Virus record (IMG/VR): IMGVR_UViG_3300021405_000010
Coordinates: 13,712 to 77,711 of that record
Source of the DNA: a virus
DNA: 64,000 bases
Strand: one strand, 5' to 3'
Shown here: in pieces, positions 18,198 to 28,000 of the stretch
Position numbering within the stretch: the first letter of the stretch is position 1
Layout of the letters: every line of letters begins with the position of its first letter
The notes under the pieces: model-generated
Seen by the model: only the letters and a program-made list of their open reading frames with translations
Databases searched by the model: none
What the model was told of the DNA's origin: nothing
Program-made: the position numbers and the translations under genes

Positions 18198-18797
18198 ATG
18201 GATGACTTGAGTGACAATGACTGGGATCGGCTGGAGAATGCCGTACCTAAGCCAAAACACAAACGCAAAGCGCAAAACAAGCCAGCGCCTATGCACGATG
18301 CTGATAAGCGCACTCCACTCGATCCACAAGCCCCGGCCCCGCGTTTAAACGGTGTTCTGGCACACAGAGGCCAGGAACCCACAGAACGAGCTGTGTCAGC
18401 CTGGAACGCGCGTGTGCAGGGTATGCCCATGGTCGACATCGCCCACGAACTGGGTGTTTCCATTGAGTTAGCCAAGGAACTGATCAAGGAAGTCCACACG
18501 GCTATAAGGGACGACCTTAAAGACACTTTGGATCTCAACCGCCAATTAGACCTGGAACGGGTCGACGGGCTCTTAAACACCTTTTATCCGGTAGCGCGAG
18601 CCGGTGACACAGACTCGGCCACAATTGTGATCCGCGCGCTGCAGCACCGAGCGAAATTGACCGGCATCGAGCCCCTGCCCGATCCTGGGCGCTCGCACCC
18701 GACAAACGTGCTCGTCTGGATCCAGAACCAGATGGGCGGAATCAATAAACTGGTTGACTCTCTGCCACTGGAATTGCCACCATCTGCCCCATCGTGA
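18198..18797 (+). CDS. HTH protein, terminase small subunit-like
   Basis: HTH DIAHELGVS then LERVDGLL..YPVARAGD..SA....RAKLTGIE. Confidence 0.65.
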   Translation: MDDLSDNDWDRLENAVPKPKHKRKAQNKPAPMHDADKRTPLDPQAPAPRLNGVLAHRGQEPTERAVSAWNARVQGMPMVDIAHELGVSIELAKELIKEVHTAIRDDLKDTLDLNRQLDLERVDGLLNTFYPVARAGDTDSATIVIRALQHRAKLTGIEPLPDPGRSHPTNVLVWIQNQMGGINKLVDSLPLELPPSAPS

Positions 18798-19009
18798 GTG
18801 AGGAAAACACACAGCTCGTAGAGAAGATCACCTCGATGATCAAACGGCGAGCGCCATTCATCAGCTGGGTGATTACGCGGGAAGAAGTGGAGAATCCAAC
18901 CTGTGAGGCGCATGAGCTGGGAAAAGAGATCGAGCGCATTCTGAAACTGCGTGTGCCCTTCGAGTTTACCTTGAGTGCTTCGGAGCTGGAGCGAGTAACA
19001 AAACCGTGA
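18794..19009 (+). CDS. Hypothetical protein
   Basis: GTGA-coupled. Confidence 0.55.
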   Translation: MSEENTQLVEKITSMIKRRAPFISWVITREEVENPTCEAHELGKEIERILKLRVPFEFTLSASELERVTKP

Positions 19010-19215
19010 GCGACGAAAAAGAAATGGGCTTGCATATCTTAAGGGGTAAGCGAATCGAGGAATTCTCTATCGAGGACTTGAACCATTTGCGCACCCAGAT
19101 CGAGAATGAATTGCCGCAAGAATTGCCCGATGAGATGAATGACCTAAGCTCCGCAGATCACAAGCGTTTACTGGAACTGGATTTAATCGATGAGGAACTC
19201 GAGAGACGCAGTTAA
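19006..19215 (+). CDS. Hypothetical acidic protein
   Basis: GTGA-coupled. Confidence 0.55.
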   Translation: MSDEKEMGLHILRGKRIEEFSIEDLNHLRTQIENELPQELPDEMNDLSSADHKRLLELDLIDEELERRS

Positions 19216-19392
19216 GGGAGAGATACTCAAGGTGATCAGGACCGAAGCCTTTCAAGCGGTGACTTTTTACGATGAAGCTCAGAAGCGCCAGCTGGTTTTG
19301 TTGTACAGTTTAGGTGAGGACGGAATCATTCGGGAGTACAACGGCCAGGACGGCTGGAGGGCGTACCCCGTTCAAGTTAAGGAAGAGCTAAA

Positions 19393-19656
19393 ATGACTGA
19401 CCAAACGATGTTTGATCCGAAAGAACGTGAGCACGTCAAGCCGGATATCGACCTGGATGTGCTCTTCACCTATCACGCGCCCAAGGGTGATCAGGCGGAC
19501 AGATACCAGGAGATTCGCGCGGCGGCCAAAACCTTTGCCCAATTGATCTGTGACGAGAGCCCGGCCTCTCGCGAACGCTCTCACGCGATCAATAAGATTC
19601 AGGAGGCCGTGATGTGGGCCAACGCGGGAATAGCGAGGAACGAAAGCCATGAGTAA
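19393..19656 (+). CDS. Acb2/Tad1-hairpin-like (DUF7681) putative nucleotide-signal sponge
   Basis: FTYHAP..Q..RY..IR...P.SRERS.AI.KIQEAVMWANAGIARNE. Confidence 0.75.
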   Translation: MTDQTMFDPKEREHVKPDIDLDVLFTYHAPKGDQADRYQEIRAAAKTFAQLICDESPASRERSHAINKIQEAVMWANAGIARNESHE

Positions 19657-19924
19657 CCACGAGATCCCCAAAGAGCCGATGCTTGAAACTGACCCGGAGG
19701 TGAGCGCCAAACGAACGGCTGAGATGCAAGCCCTGGCCCAGCCGTATAACCCGCCACCATTCAAGGGTAACCTGACGATCATCTGGGAGTCAGAGAAACA
19801 GCAGCTCTTAGGCCGCCAGGAGTACTTGGAAAAGCGCATCTATGATTGTGAGGAACGTTTGAGAGTCCTGGAGGCCTGGGCCCTGCAGTTGAAACGAGAG
19901 CCCACGTTCTTTACCAAGGTATAA
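19649..19924 (+). CDS. Hypothetical coiled-coil protein
   Basis: Overlap-coupled. Confidence 0.55.
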   Translation: MSNHEIPKEPMLETDPEVSAKRTAEMQALAQPYNPPPFKGNLTIIWESEKQQLLGRQEYLEKRIYDCEERLRVLEAWALQLKREPTFFTKV

Positions 19925-19928
19925 CGTT

Positions 19929-20081
19929 ATGCTACCCGATGGCCTTTATCAAGTGACGACTCGCTATCTGTGCGCCGGATTCATCGTGGAGCGAGGCAAG
20001 GTGACGCGATGCGCTCCGATCCTCAAGCGCGCCCTGGCGTTCTACGCACGGCGCGCGATCCGTATCCGAATGGTGTTTTAA
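19929..20081 (+). CDS. Small phage protein (50 aa)
   Basis: Manual translation MLPDGLYQVTTRYLCAGFIVERGKVTRCAPILKR... Confidence 0.6.
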   Translation: MLPDGLYQVTTRYLCAGFIVERGKVTRCAPILKRALAFYARRAIRIRMVF

Positions 20082-20696
20082 TCCCGTCAAGCGTCCCGCC
20101 AGGGACCACCCCAAATGCCAGTCGGCACACTCCACATGCACTGCCCAGCCTGCGGGAGACCATTCAGCCGCTTCAGGTCACGAGCGAAGCGAGTGAACTT
20201 CTGCAGCCGCAAGTGTTACGCTCTGACTCTGCGGAACCTGCTCGCAGCGTATTATGATGACAAGTCGCGGCAGTCTGTATCCGAAGCTGCTTGATCTTCG
20301 TTCGGTGGCCGGGCCCGGCGCGCGCTGACGTCAGTCAGCTCCCGCAGCGCCAGCCGCTGACCCTCGATGGCTAGGGTCGCACGGCGGATGTCATCCATCC
20401 ATGGTATAACGTTAGGACTATTCGACTGTGGTGTGGAACACATACGCAAGTGCCTCAGAATCAACGTTTCCTATTTTATACTACGCTGATTGTATGATGT
20501 TATCCCAGGGAAGCCCTGGCCATGCGTTACGCCCTGGTCCCAGGGAGAGGGCCACCCTCCCTGCATTAAACGCGCCGTGCGCGACCCCGGGGTATTGCCT
20601 CCTTGCGGGTCCCATCTGAGCATTGCGCCACCCACTCAAGTCCTCTGTTCACTTTTTCTTGCACCCCTCATTCTAACGTCATAACCTGCCAAGGCA

Positions 20697-21152
20697 ATGA
20701 CAAACGCGGAGCGGCAGGCGGCCTGGAGGAAGAGGCACCCATTCACGGCGAAGGCCGGGGTGAGGGAAAGAATGCGCCGTCTACGGGATACCGGGAAAGA
20801 GCCCGATGTGCGTAACGTGCGTAACGAAACCCCGAATGTGCGTAACGTGTCCGTGACGCCCTGGAATGGACAGGAGACGTACTACACGGACTCGATGGAT
20901 GACGTCGAGGGTGATCCGAAGGTCATGGAAGCTCACAGGTCCAGATTGACGTTACGGACGGGGGTGGGTGGATGGAGGTCGATGGAACCAAAACCAGAGG
21001 TGGTCGTACCTGACGTTATACAAGAGAGCCCCCAGGACCGGCGGAAGCGGTTCGACCAGCTCAAAGCCGGTTTAGGTAAAAAAATCGTTCGGGCTGCGCC
21101 CGAAACAAATCCCATCGCTACTGATTCGGGGATTGAAGTTCCCTGGGAATGA
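20697..21152 (+). CDS. Basic N-terminal (TNAERQ..WR) protein with internal CGTAAC repeats
   Basis: MTNAERQAAWRKR; ends GIEVPWE. Confidence 0.6.
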   Translation: MTNAERQAAWRKRHPFTAKAGVRERMRRLRDTGKEPDVRNVRNETPNVRNVSVTPWNGQETYYTDSMDDVEGDPKVMEAHRSRLTLRTGVGGWRSMEPKPEVVVPDVIQESPQDRRKRFDQLKAGLGKKIVRAAPETNPIATDSGIEVPWE

Positions 21153-21168
21153 CGTTATAAGGACAAAC

Positions 21169-21360
21169 ATGAGTGATCCCTACCGCAAGGTGACAGTCTG
21201 TGACTCCTGTCTCCAGGCCAGTTGCTGGCAGGGGGCTTTTTACTGCGACCGGTACATGGAATCCGGGACAGTCGATCTCCCCTTGTGGGCGTTAGAAACC
21301 CTTGCCCTGGAGGCCCCCTCCTATTGGGAGGAAAATACCCCATGCCCAGAAAACCATTAA
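21169..21360 (+). CDS. Small Cys-rich phage protein
   Basis: VTVCDSCLQASCWQGAFYC. Confidence 0.65.
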   Translation: MSDPYRKVTVCDSCLQASCWQGAFYCDRYMESGTVDLPLWALETLALEAPSYWEENTPCPENH

Positions 21361-21485
21361 AGACCGTCGAGGAACTCAGGGCCGGAAATAGGGAACGGCA
21401 GAAACGCTATCAGGCCCGGCTCCGGGCCAAGCGTGAAAAGGAACGCCAAAAAGAATCGGTCGAAATCGAAATGGAAAGCGTATGA
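21342..21485 (+). CDS. Small basic protein
   Basis: NRERQKRYQARLR; ATGA-coupled downstream. Confidence 0.55.
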   Translation: MPRKPLKTVEELRAGNRERQKRYQARLRAKREKERQKESVEIEMESV

Positions 21486-22024
21486 CAAAAGAGGAAATCC
21501 CCCGCCGCTTTACTCTGGAGGGCCTGTCCCTCGGATTCTGGTTTGATCCCTTTGACCGGCTGATCCAGATCCCCGCCGGGTGGGACAAAAGCTGGATCGG
21601 TAAATCCCTCGGGGAAGTGACGAGCTGGGCCCAAGAGAATAATTGCCTTCTGGCTGAGGACAATCGCTTGGCAGATTCAAGCTTTGACCCGCGCGCCAAG
21701 GCCCGGGATACCGATCCCCCTACCGCCAAAAACGCGGCTTTCCAGAACCTGCCCACGAAAAACACCCAGAGGTGGATCATCCTGAAGGTTCATTTTAATC
21801 ACCCTTTGGGCCTGACCAATCACGAGTTGGAGGCTCTCATCAATCGCGACCGCATCGTGATCATCAATGACAGCCTGACCACCCGGGTTAGCGAACTAGA
21901 GCAAGGCGGCTGGCTCTTGAACACCGGCTTAAAAAGGATGGGCAATAACGGGATCGAAATCGCCGTCTGGCGCATCACGGCCAAGGGCCTTGCCGAATTT
22001 GGGATCGAGGTCCCGTGGGATTAA
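21482..22024 (+). CDS. Winged-helix domain protein
   Basis: ARDTDPPT...GLTNHEL...RVSELEQGGWL...VWRITAKG; ends GIEVPWD. Confidence 0.7.
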   Translation: MTKEEIPRRFTLEGLSLGFWFDPFDRLIQIPAGWDKSWIGKSLGEVTSWAQENNCLLAEDNRLADSSFDPRAKARDTDPPTAKNAAFQNLPTKNTQRWIILKVHFNHPLGLTNHELEALINRDRIVIINDSLTTRVSELEQGGWLLNTGLKRMGNNGIEIAVWRITAKGLAEFGIEVPWD

Positions 22025-22045
22025 AAAGAGTCGAAAGAAAAACGT

Positions 22046-22231
22046 ATGCAAAAAGACAAACCCAAAGTGACCAGAAAACAGAGAGAGAAGGAATTAATCA
22101 GGCTGCAGGAGTCAATCGACCACTGGGCGTCTAAGGAGAAAAGGGCCGCTCTGAAAAGAGAGGAGCTGGAAGAGCGCCTGGAAGCCCAGATAAGAGCGGC
22201 CAAAGAGGAGGAGGCTCCAGAAGCGGCATGA
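22046..22231 (+). CDS. Coiled-coil protein
   Basis: cgtATG start. Confidence 0.6.
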   Translation: MQKDKPKVTRKQREKELIRLQESIDHWASKEKRAALKREELEERLEAQIRAAKEEEAPEAA

Positions 22232-22494
22232 CCAACTTTAAGATGAAGGGGATCCTTTCCAAATCCCACGCGGAGATTATCCGGGGGGCCTGGAATGGCT
22301 TGGGCGAAGAGGGGCAGCGGCTGATCAATTCCTCGATCCTGGAGGCCTTAAAGGATATCCACCCGGGTGAGGAAAAACCCCGTTACTCCGAGATCGTTAA
22401 GGCCGCCTGGAGCTTAGGCTTTGATTACGCGATGTACGCCGTTGAACAGGGGGTCTTAATCAAGGCCGGGCCGATCAGGCCGGAAGAGAATTAG
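22228..22494 (+). CDS. Hypothetical protein
   Basis: ATGA-coupled. Confidence 0.6.
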   Translation: MTNFKMKGILSKSHAEIIRGAWNGLGEEGQRLINSSILEALKDIHPGEEKPRYSEIVKAAWSLGFDYAMYAVEQGVLIKAGPIRPEEN

Positions 22495-22495
22495 G

Positions 22496-22963
22496 GTGGC
22501 CACCTTCTGCCAGATCTGCCGCCACCCCAGTGATGAACCGCCGGGGCACGAGCCTGGGTGCCCGGTCTTAACAGGGGAACCCGTGCGAGGGTACGACGCC
22601 TTTGGGCCGATAGAGATCAATCAGCAGGACCTCTCACCCCTAAACCAGATGCAGCAGGCCCAAGGGGGCATGATGGCCGCTGGGGCCGCCTATGAGCCAG
22701 AGCATCCCTTCCCCGGAAGTGCCGCTGACTTCTACGAACGTAACCAGAAGCTGATAGAAGAGAACGCCCGGTTGAAGTCGGACCTGGAGAAGCACAAGGC
22801 CGCCTTAGAGGACATCGACGACCATGGCCGGGCGCTTCACTTTATCGAGGCTCTCCGGGCCGCCGATAAACGCTTAAGTCAGCTGACCCAGGAACTAATC
22901 ACGGTCAAAGCGGAGCGCGACCGGCTGAAAAACGCTGACGGCGGAGAAAGAATGATCTTTTGA
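22496..22963 (+). CDS. Zn-finger plus coiled-coil protein
   Basis: CQIC...HEPGCP. Confidence 0.6.
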   Translation: MATFCQICRHPSDEPPGHEPGCPVLTGEPVRGYDAFGPIEINQQDLSPLNQMQQAQGGMMAAGAAYEPEHPFPGSAADFYERNQKLIEENARLKSDLEKHKAALEDIDDHGRALHFIEALRAADKRLSQLTQELITVKAERDRLKNADGGERMIF

Positions 22964-23101
22964 GCAGGGCTCTCTTAGCGATCGGGGTCTTAGCTCTAAG
23001 CGGGTGTGCGAGCTTGGCGATGGTCGCCTCTCATCCCCTGACTCACCAGTTAGTCCACCATGCCGTCCAGCACATCGCTAAACACTACGCCAAATGAACC
23101 T

Positions 23102-23272
23102 ATGACGATCGCTGAATTCAGGGAGCTGGCCGAGTCGGGGAAATACCCCGATGACACGATCCTCTACGCCTTTGACGGGGATGAAGGCGAAAGCCGTCCG
23201 GTCACCGGACTTCTCTACTTCGAGTGTTCTATTCACGGACCCACCCTCGAATTCCAGACGGACATCCCATGA
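23102..23272 (+). CDS. Hypothetical protein
   Basis: MTIAEFREL start; coupled. Confidence 0.5.
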   Translation: MTIAEFRELAESGKYPDDTILYAFDGDEGESRPVTGLLYFECSIHGPTLEFQTDIP

Positions 23273-23694
23273 CCGAGACTGAACTCTATGAGATCTACGC
23301 GAAGTGGACCGGGGAGTTACACTTCTGGTGCGTCCGGGAGCTGGACCGCCACATCGATGTAGAGTTTTTCCCTAGCGCGTACGAGTTCAAACTTTACTCC
23401 GGCTACGCGGAAGAATATTCCACTTCTTCAGGGATCCCGGGGTTGCAGAGGCCCCCGGGAGAGAGAACTGAAACCGTCCGGCTCCTGCGGCCCGAACAGA
23501 GCCCAACCCAAAAGCAACTGGAAACCCTCTTTAAAGATATTTGTCTGGCCGCCGCGCGGGTCTTAGACGTTCGGGTCGGGAGGGCCCGGCTGGAGGACCG
23601 AAAGCAAGATTCATGGACGGAAGAACAGACCAGACTAGAAGTGAGGGCCTGGAAGACTCTTGGCCTGCCAGAGGATGGAACCCGTGGGGAGTAG
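23269..23694 (+). CDS. Hypothetical protein
   Basis: ATGA-coupled. Confidence 0.55.
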   Translation: MTETELYEIYAKWTGELHFWCVRELDRHIDVEFFPSAYEFKLYSGYAEEYSTSSGIPGLQRPPGERTETVRLLRPEQSPTQKQLETLFKDICLAAARVLDVRVGRARLEDRKQDSWTEEQTRLEVRAWKTLGLPEDGTRGE

Positions 23695-24076
23695 TCCTGG
23701 TTTTCAGCTTCCTTCAGATCGTGATCCTGGCCGTTGAATGGTATTATCTGGGGGCCTATTTCCTGGGGCGGTAAAAGAGGATGAGTATCAGGATCCAGCA
23801 CAACGGGGTGTGGAAGGAAACGTGGCGGGACCCTTACGCGCGAGTCCCCTCACTTACCCCGCCAGCCGTCCCGCCCCGGCATTGGAGACCGAATAATCGG
23901 CGTTGTCGTACCAGGGGTTCCTGGAAGTCATGGGTCCGGCGGTGCTTGGGCCTTGACAAACCTTGAAGCTGGTCCTGGGAACCACCGGGCAGGCCCGTAG
24001 CTGGAAGGGCTGGCAGCCCCGCACGGCCTTCCCAATTGGATTCCGGGCTCTGAACCCTGGCCGGTAGGCATCAACG

Positions 24077-24110
24077 CACCCCCGGGGCGCTAATGAACGC
24101 CCCGGGGGTG
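24077..24110. terminator. Perfect 13-bp GC hairpin at convergent junction
   Basis: cacccccggggcg-ctaatgaa-cgccccgggggtg; no U tract. Confidence 0.45.
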
Positions 24111-24224
24111 GATAGGCCGAGGGCGGCGGACCCTGGCAGGGGTCTTTCGGCCAGCCGGAGAAGTTCCGACAGCCCGAATACGGACTCTTGAACAAGACCG
24201 ATTGCAAAAGCTCCATGTGGAACT

Positions 24225-24479
24225 TTACTCTTCCTTGGCGGTCGCGCTGGCCCCGGTACGCGGCTGGGGCGTCTTAGCCTCTTCGGGCTCTGGCTCCTCC
24301 AGGTGCACCTTGGCGTCGGGATAATTGTGGAGGCTGGCGCTTGAGGCCTGGACGATGTTGCCCTCTTCTGCCTCGGCCTCTTCCCGGGCCACCTTCTCTT
24401 CCTGGTCGGCCTTGGCTTGCTGGGCGGCTTCTTCCTCGGAAACTCCGGGGACCTCTGATTGCTTTTTGGTGATTGGCAT
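24225..24479 (-). CDS. Acidic low-complexity protein
   Basis: Start revised to MPITKKQSE. Confidence 0.6.
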   Translation of the reverse strand: MPITKKQSEVPGVSEEEAAQQAKADQEEKVAREEAEAEEGNIVQASSASLHNYPDAKVHLEEPEPEEAKTPQPRTGASATAKEE

Positions 24480-24660
24480 AACAATGGAAGAGTTCGCGCG
24501 CCGAGCCTTACCTGGAGACAGGCTCCCCTCCCGCACCCACGGGAGGGGATTAATGGGATGTTATTCGTGTAACCGTGTCAACTTTGAGGCCGGTGTTAGC
24601 GGCCCTGGGGCTGTTGGCCCCATATCCACTGTCATTCCAGACGAAAGGATCCTATGGCAA

Positions 24661-24819
24661 CTAGATGACGTGCATCAAGATCAGAATGATCACGATGATA
24701 AAAATCAGGCCGATTCCGCCCACCGGCCCGTAGCCCCAGTTGGCCGAATACCCCCAGCGGGGCAGCGCCCCGATTAAAAAGAGGATCAGGAGAATGATCA
24801 GAATGGTTGAGACGCTCAT
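24661..24819 (-). CDS. DUF3309 family small membrane protein
   Basis: Manual translation MSVSTILIILLILFLIGALPRWGYSANWGYGPVGGIGLIFIIVIILILMHVI. Confidence 0.85.
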   Translation of the reverse strand: MSVSTILIILLILFLIGALPRWGYSANWGYGPVGGIGLIFIIVIILILMHVI

Positions 24820-24825
24820 ACTGTT

Positions 24826-25089
24826 TTATTCCTTTCTCGTGTCCGAGCCTTTGCCGTTGCGGGTTTCCACGTAGCGGTCCACCGTGCGCAGGCCTGCGAG
24901 GCCAAAGACCAGGGCGGTAATCGACTGGTAGAAATTGCCGAGGAACTTGTACTCCTTGATGTGCTGCTCGAATTCGGTCCAGCCGAATTCGCGGGAGGCC
25001 AGCGCCATCGCAAAAATAGTCAAGGGCAGGGTCAAAAAGGTCAGCACCGTGCCCCAGCACAAAAGCACTTTCCATCGCGGTTCACTCAT
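24826..25089 (-). CDS. Putative holin (2 TM, charged C-terminus)
   Basis: Two hydrophobic segments, FGLAGLRTVDR, at end of tail module. Confidence 0.55.
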   Translation of the reverse strand: MSEPRWKVLLCWGTVLTFLTLPLTIFAMALASREFGWTEFEQHIKEYKFLGNFYQSITALVFGLAGLRTVDRYVETRNGKGSDTRKE

Positions 25090-25096
25090 ACACTCT

Positions 25097-28000
25097 TTAT
25101 AAAGGCCAAGTCTGCATCGCCGCCCAGAGATCCGTTTTCTGGACCGGCGGAGGGACAAATGCGGTCCCTCCCTGTTCGCCTCCCGGGTACAAATTGGCGT
25201 AGGGCGGCATCACCCAGGGGCCTTCTTCCCGCTCGGCTTCCCGGTAGGCGATTCTGGCCGGAACCTGGATCTGGGTCTGCTGGTTTGACCCCGAATAAGA
25301 GGGGACAATCAGGGGAGCGTGGAAGTGGTCATTCTCCCAGCCCAGGGCCGTGACGGTCGAAGTGCTCGTGACTGAGAACGGGAAATCCTGGACCGGCAGA
25401 CTCCAGAGGAGCCGGGTGACAGTGGAAGTGCTGGCAACCGTAAACCCAAATCCGGCCCGTTGAACCTCCAGGCCCAGGGCGGTGACAGTCGAGGTACTGG
25501 CAACCGTGAGCGCGAAATGCCGTGCGACCTCGTAACCCAGGGCGGTGACGGTCGAATTGCTGTGCACCGAGACCGGGAAATGAAGGAGGAGGGTCTGATG
25601 AAACGCTAAGGCCGTGACGCTCGAGGTCGAGGCGACGGTGAAGGGGAAGCGTTTAGCGGTCTCAAACCCTAAGGCCGTGACGCTTGAAGTAGAGGCGACT
25701 GAGAAGGGGAACCGGCGTTGCACCCTTAAGCCCAAAGCCGTCACGGTGGAAGTACTGGCGATCGCGAAGGGAAAGCGCCGTCCGGTCTCAAACCCAAGCT
25801 TGGTCACCGTGGAAACACTGGCCACCGTAAAGGGGAAATGTTTCCCGATCGTCTGCTGCCACAGGGCGGTGACGGTCGAAGTAGAGGCGACCGTTAAGGG
25901 GAAATGCTGGGCCGCTCCGGCGGTTTCAAAGTTGAGGGCCGTGACGGTGGAGGTGCTCTGCACCGTGAACGGGAAATGGCGCGCGGTTTCGTAGCCGAGG
26001 CGGGTGACGGTCGAGGTCGACGTTACCGTGAACGGGAAGTTCTGCACCGTGGGCCCCACCAGGGTGGCGTAGATCGAGATCTGGTAAGGGCCGCCAGCGG
26101 TGCCGGAGGTGTAGGGATTAATCAGGGTCCCGGTATAAGGGACGCTGGTGTCAAAGAGGGCATTACCAACCGGGGTATCGTAATAACCGGCGAAGGGATT
26201 CTGGGCCTGCTGGGCCAGCCAGTAATTGCCCGGCGCTAAGGTGGGCCCGTTGGCAATCGGCACCGTGATTAACCCGGTCGAGGAAGTGGGGGTGACCGCC
26301 GTCGAGGCGAGGAGCGCCCCAGGGACATTGCCTGCGTCGGCGTAGACCCCGAGCAAGAGATTGTTCGGGGTGGCGTCGGCGCTGAAAATCGAGATCGAGC
26401 GCAAAATCCCGGCCTGGGTCAGGGTGACCTGGGAGGCCCCGATCCCGGGCTGGCTGGCCACATTAGCCCCCGGGCTGGTTGGCCCCATGGTGAAAGTCGC
26501 CACATTGGCCCCGTGGAACGAGAGGGCCGTCACCGTGGATGTGCTGGCCACCGTCAAGGGGAAATGCTGGACCACGATCGGCGCGAAGGTGGCGTAGACG
26601 CTAAAGAGATACTGCCCCGAAGCGGTGCCGCTGGTCGGGAAGGTCGAGGGAAGGGTCCCCGTCCAGGACTGGCCGTTATTAAATAGCCCTACCGCGCCCG
26701 AGGGTTGATCGTAGTATCCGCCTACCGCGCCCTGGACCTGGAACCCCAGGTAATAGGTCCCGGCGGCCAGGACTGGCCCGTTGGCGATCGGGAGGGTGTT
26801 CGTGCCAACCGTCGAAACCCCTACGGCGGTCGAGGCGAGTAAGTTTTTGTTAGTGGTCGAGTCGTAGATCCCCAGGATGTAACTAACCCCGGCGGTGCTC
26901 CAGAACATCGACATCGAGCTGATCTTGCCCGGCTGGGTCAGGGTGACCTGGGTAGCGCCGATCCCCGTGTAGGTCCCGGTCTGTGATCCGGGGCTAGTCG
27001 GGCCCACCGTGAATCCAGCCGCGCTGGACCCGTGGAAGTTGAGAGCGGTGACGGTCGAGGTGCTGGCCACCGTGAAGGGGAAATGCCGGATGATCGTCGC
27101 CCCGTGGAACGTCAGGGCGGTGACCGTCGAGGTGCTCGCGACCTGAATCGGGAAAGTCGGGACCACCGCCGCGTACTGGAACCCGCCAGCGTCCCAGGCC
27201 GTCGTCCCGCCGGGCCGCAGAACCCCGTTAAAGTCGCTCGTAAAGACGCTAGATTTATTGAGGGCGGCATTACGCGCACCGCTGGAGCTGATGATCCGGA
27301 AATTCTGGGCGCTCGAGGTGCTGGCGTCAGTGGTCCCGTTAACAAACGTGGAGAGCGTCGTGTCCACGTTATGATCCATGGTCAGGGTGGCAACACCACC
27401 GACATTGTAATTGTCGGTCGCCATATTGGCGAAGATGTTGTTCTGGATCGTCCCTTTGGAATTCGCGACAGAGCCAGTGTAACTGCGGGTCCCAAACCCT
27501 TGCACGTCAATCGAGGCTAGGGTGTTATTGTAGATAAAGAACCCGTCCAGAGAACAAAAGATGTTCCCGCCCGTGGGGTTGTTAGTCCCGGTGGCGACAA
27601 TGACGTTGTTGTAGACTAGGACCCCATTTAAGCCTTGAGCCAGCTTCCCGGTCGCGCCCGGGGTTCCATTGGCGGACAAATAGATAAACGAGGTGGTGTT
27701 CGCACCCGGGTCGCCGTGGATGTAGTTATTGTAGATCTGGAGGCCCGTGATCGTGGAGCCGTCGTGCTCGGCCCAGATATAGATCCCGTTATGATGGTTC
27801 TGATCCTGGGGATCGTCCCAGATCGTCCCGGGCATCGTGATATCGTTGCCGTAGATCTGGTAGTTGCTAAAGATGCTCGTCCCATCAATGTCGCCCGACT
27901 GGATGCACCAGTTGGCGTCTTTAAGCGTGTTGTTGTAGATCTGGCAGCCGGAAAAGTTGCCGGTGTCGCGCACGGTGGTGATGCACGCCCCGGCAGAGGT

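Noticed and set aside
20580-20630. gcc-tccttgc-gg resembling HDV ribozyme P3/L3
   Set aside because: No matching P1, J1/4 GG or J4/2-P2 found.
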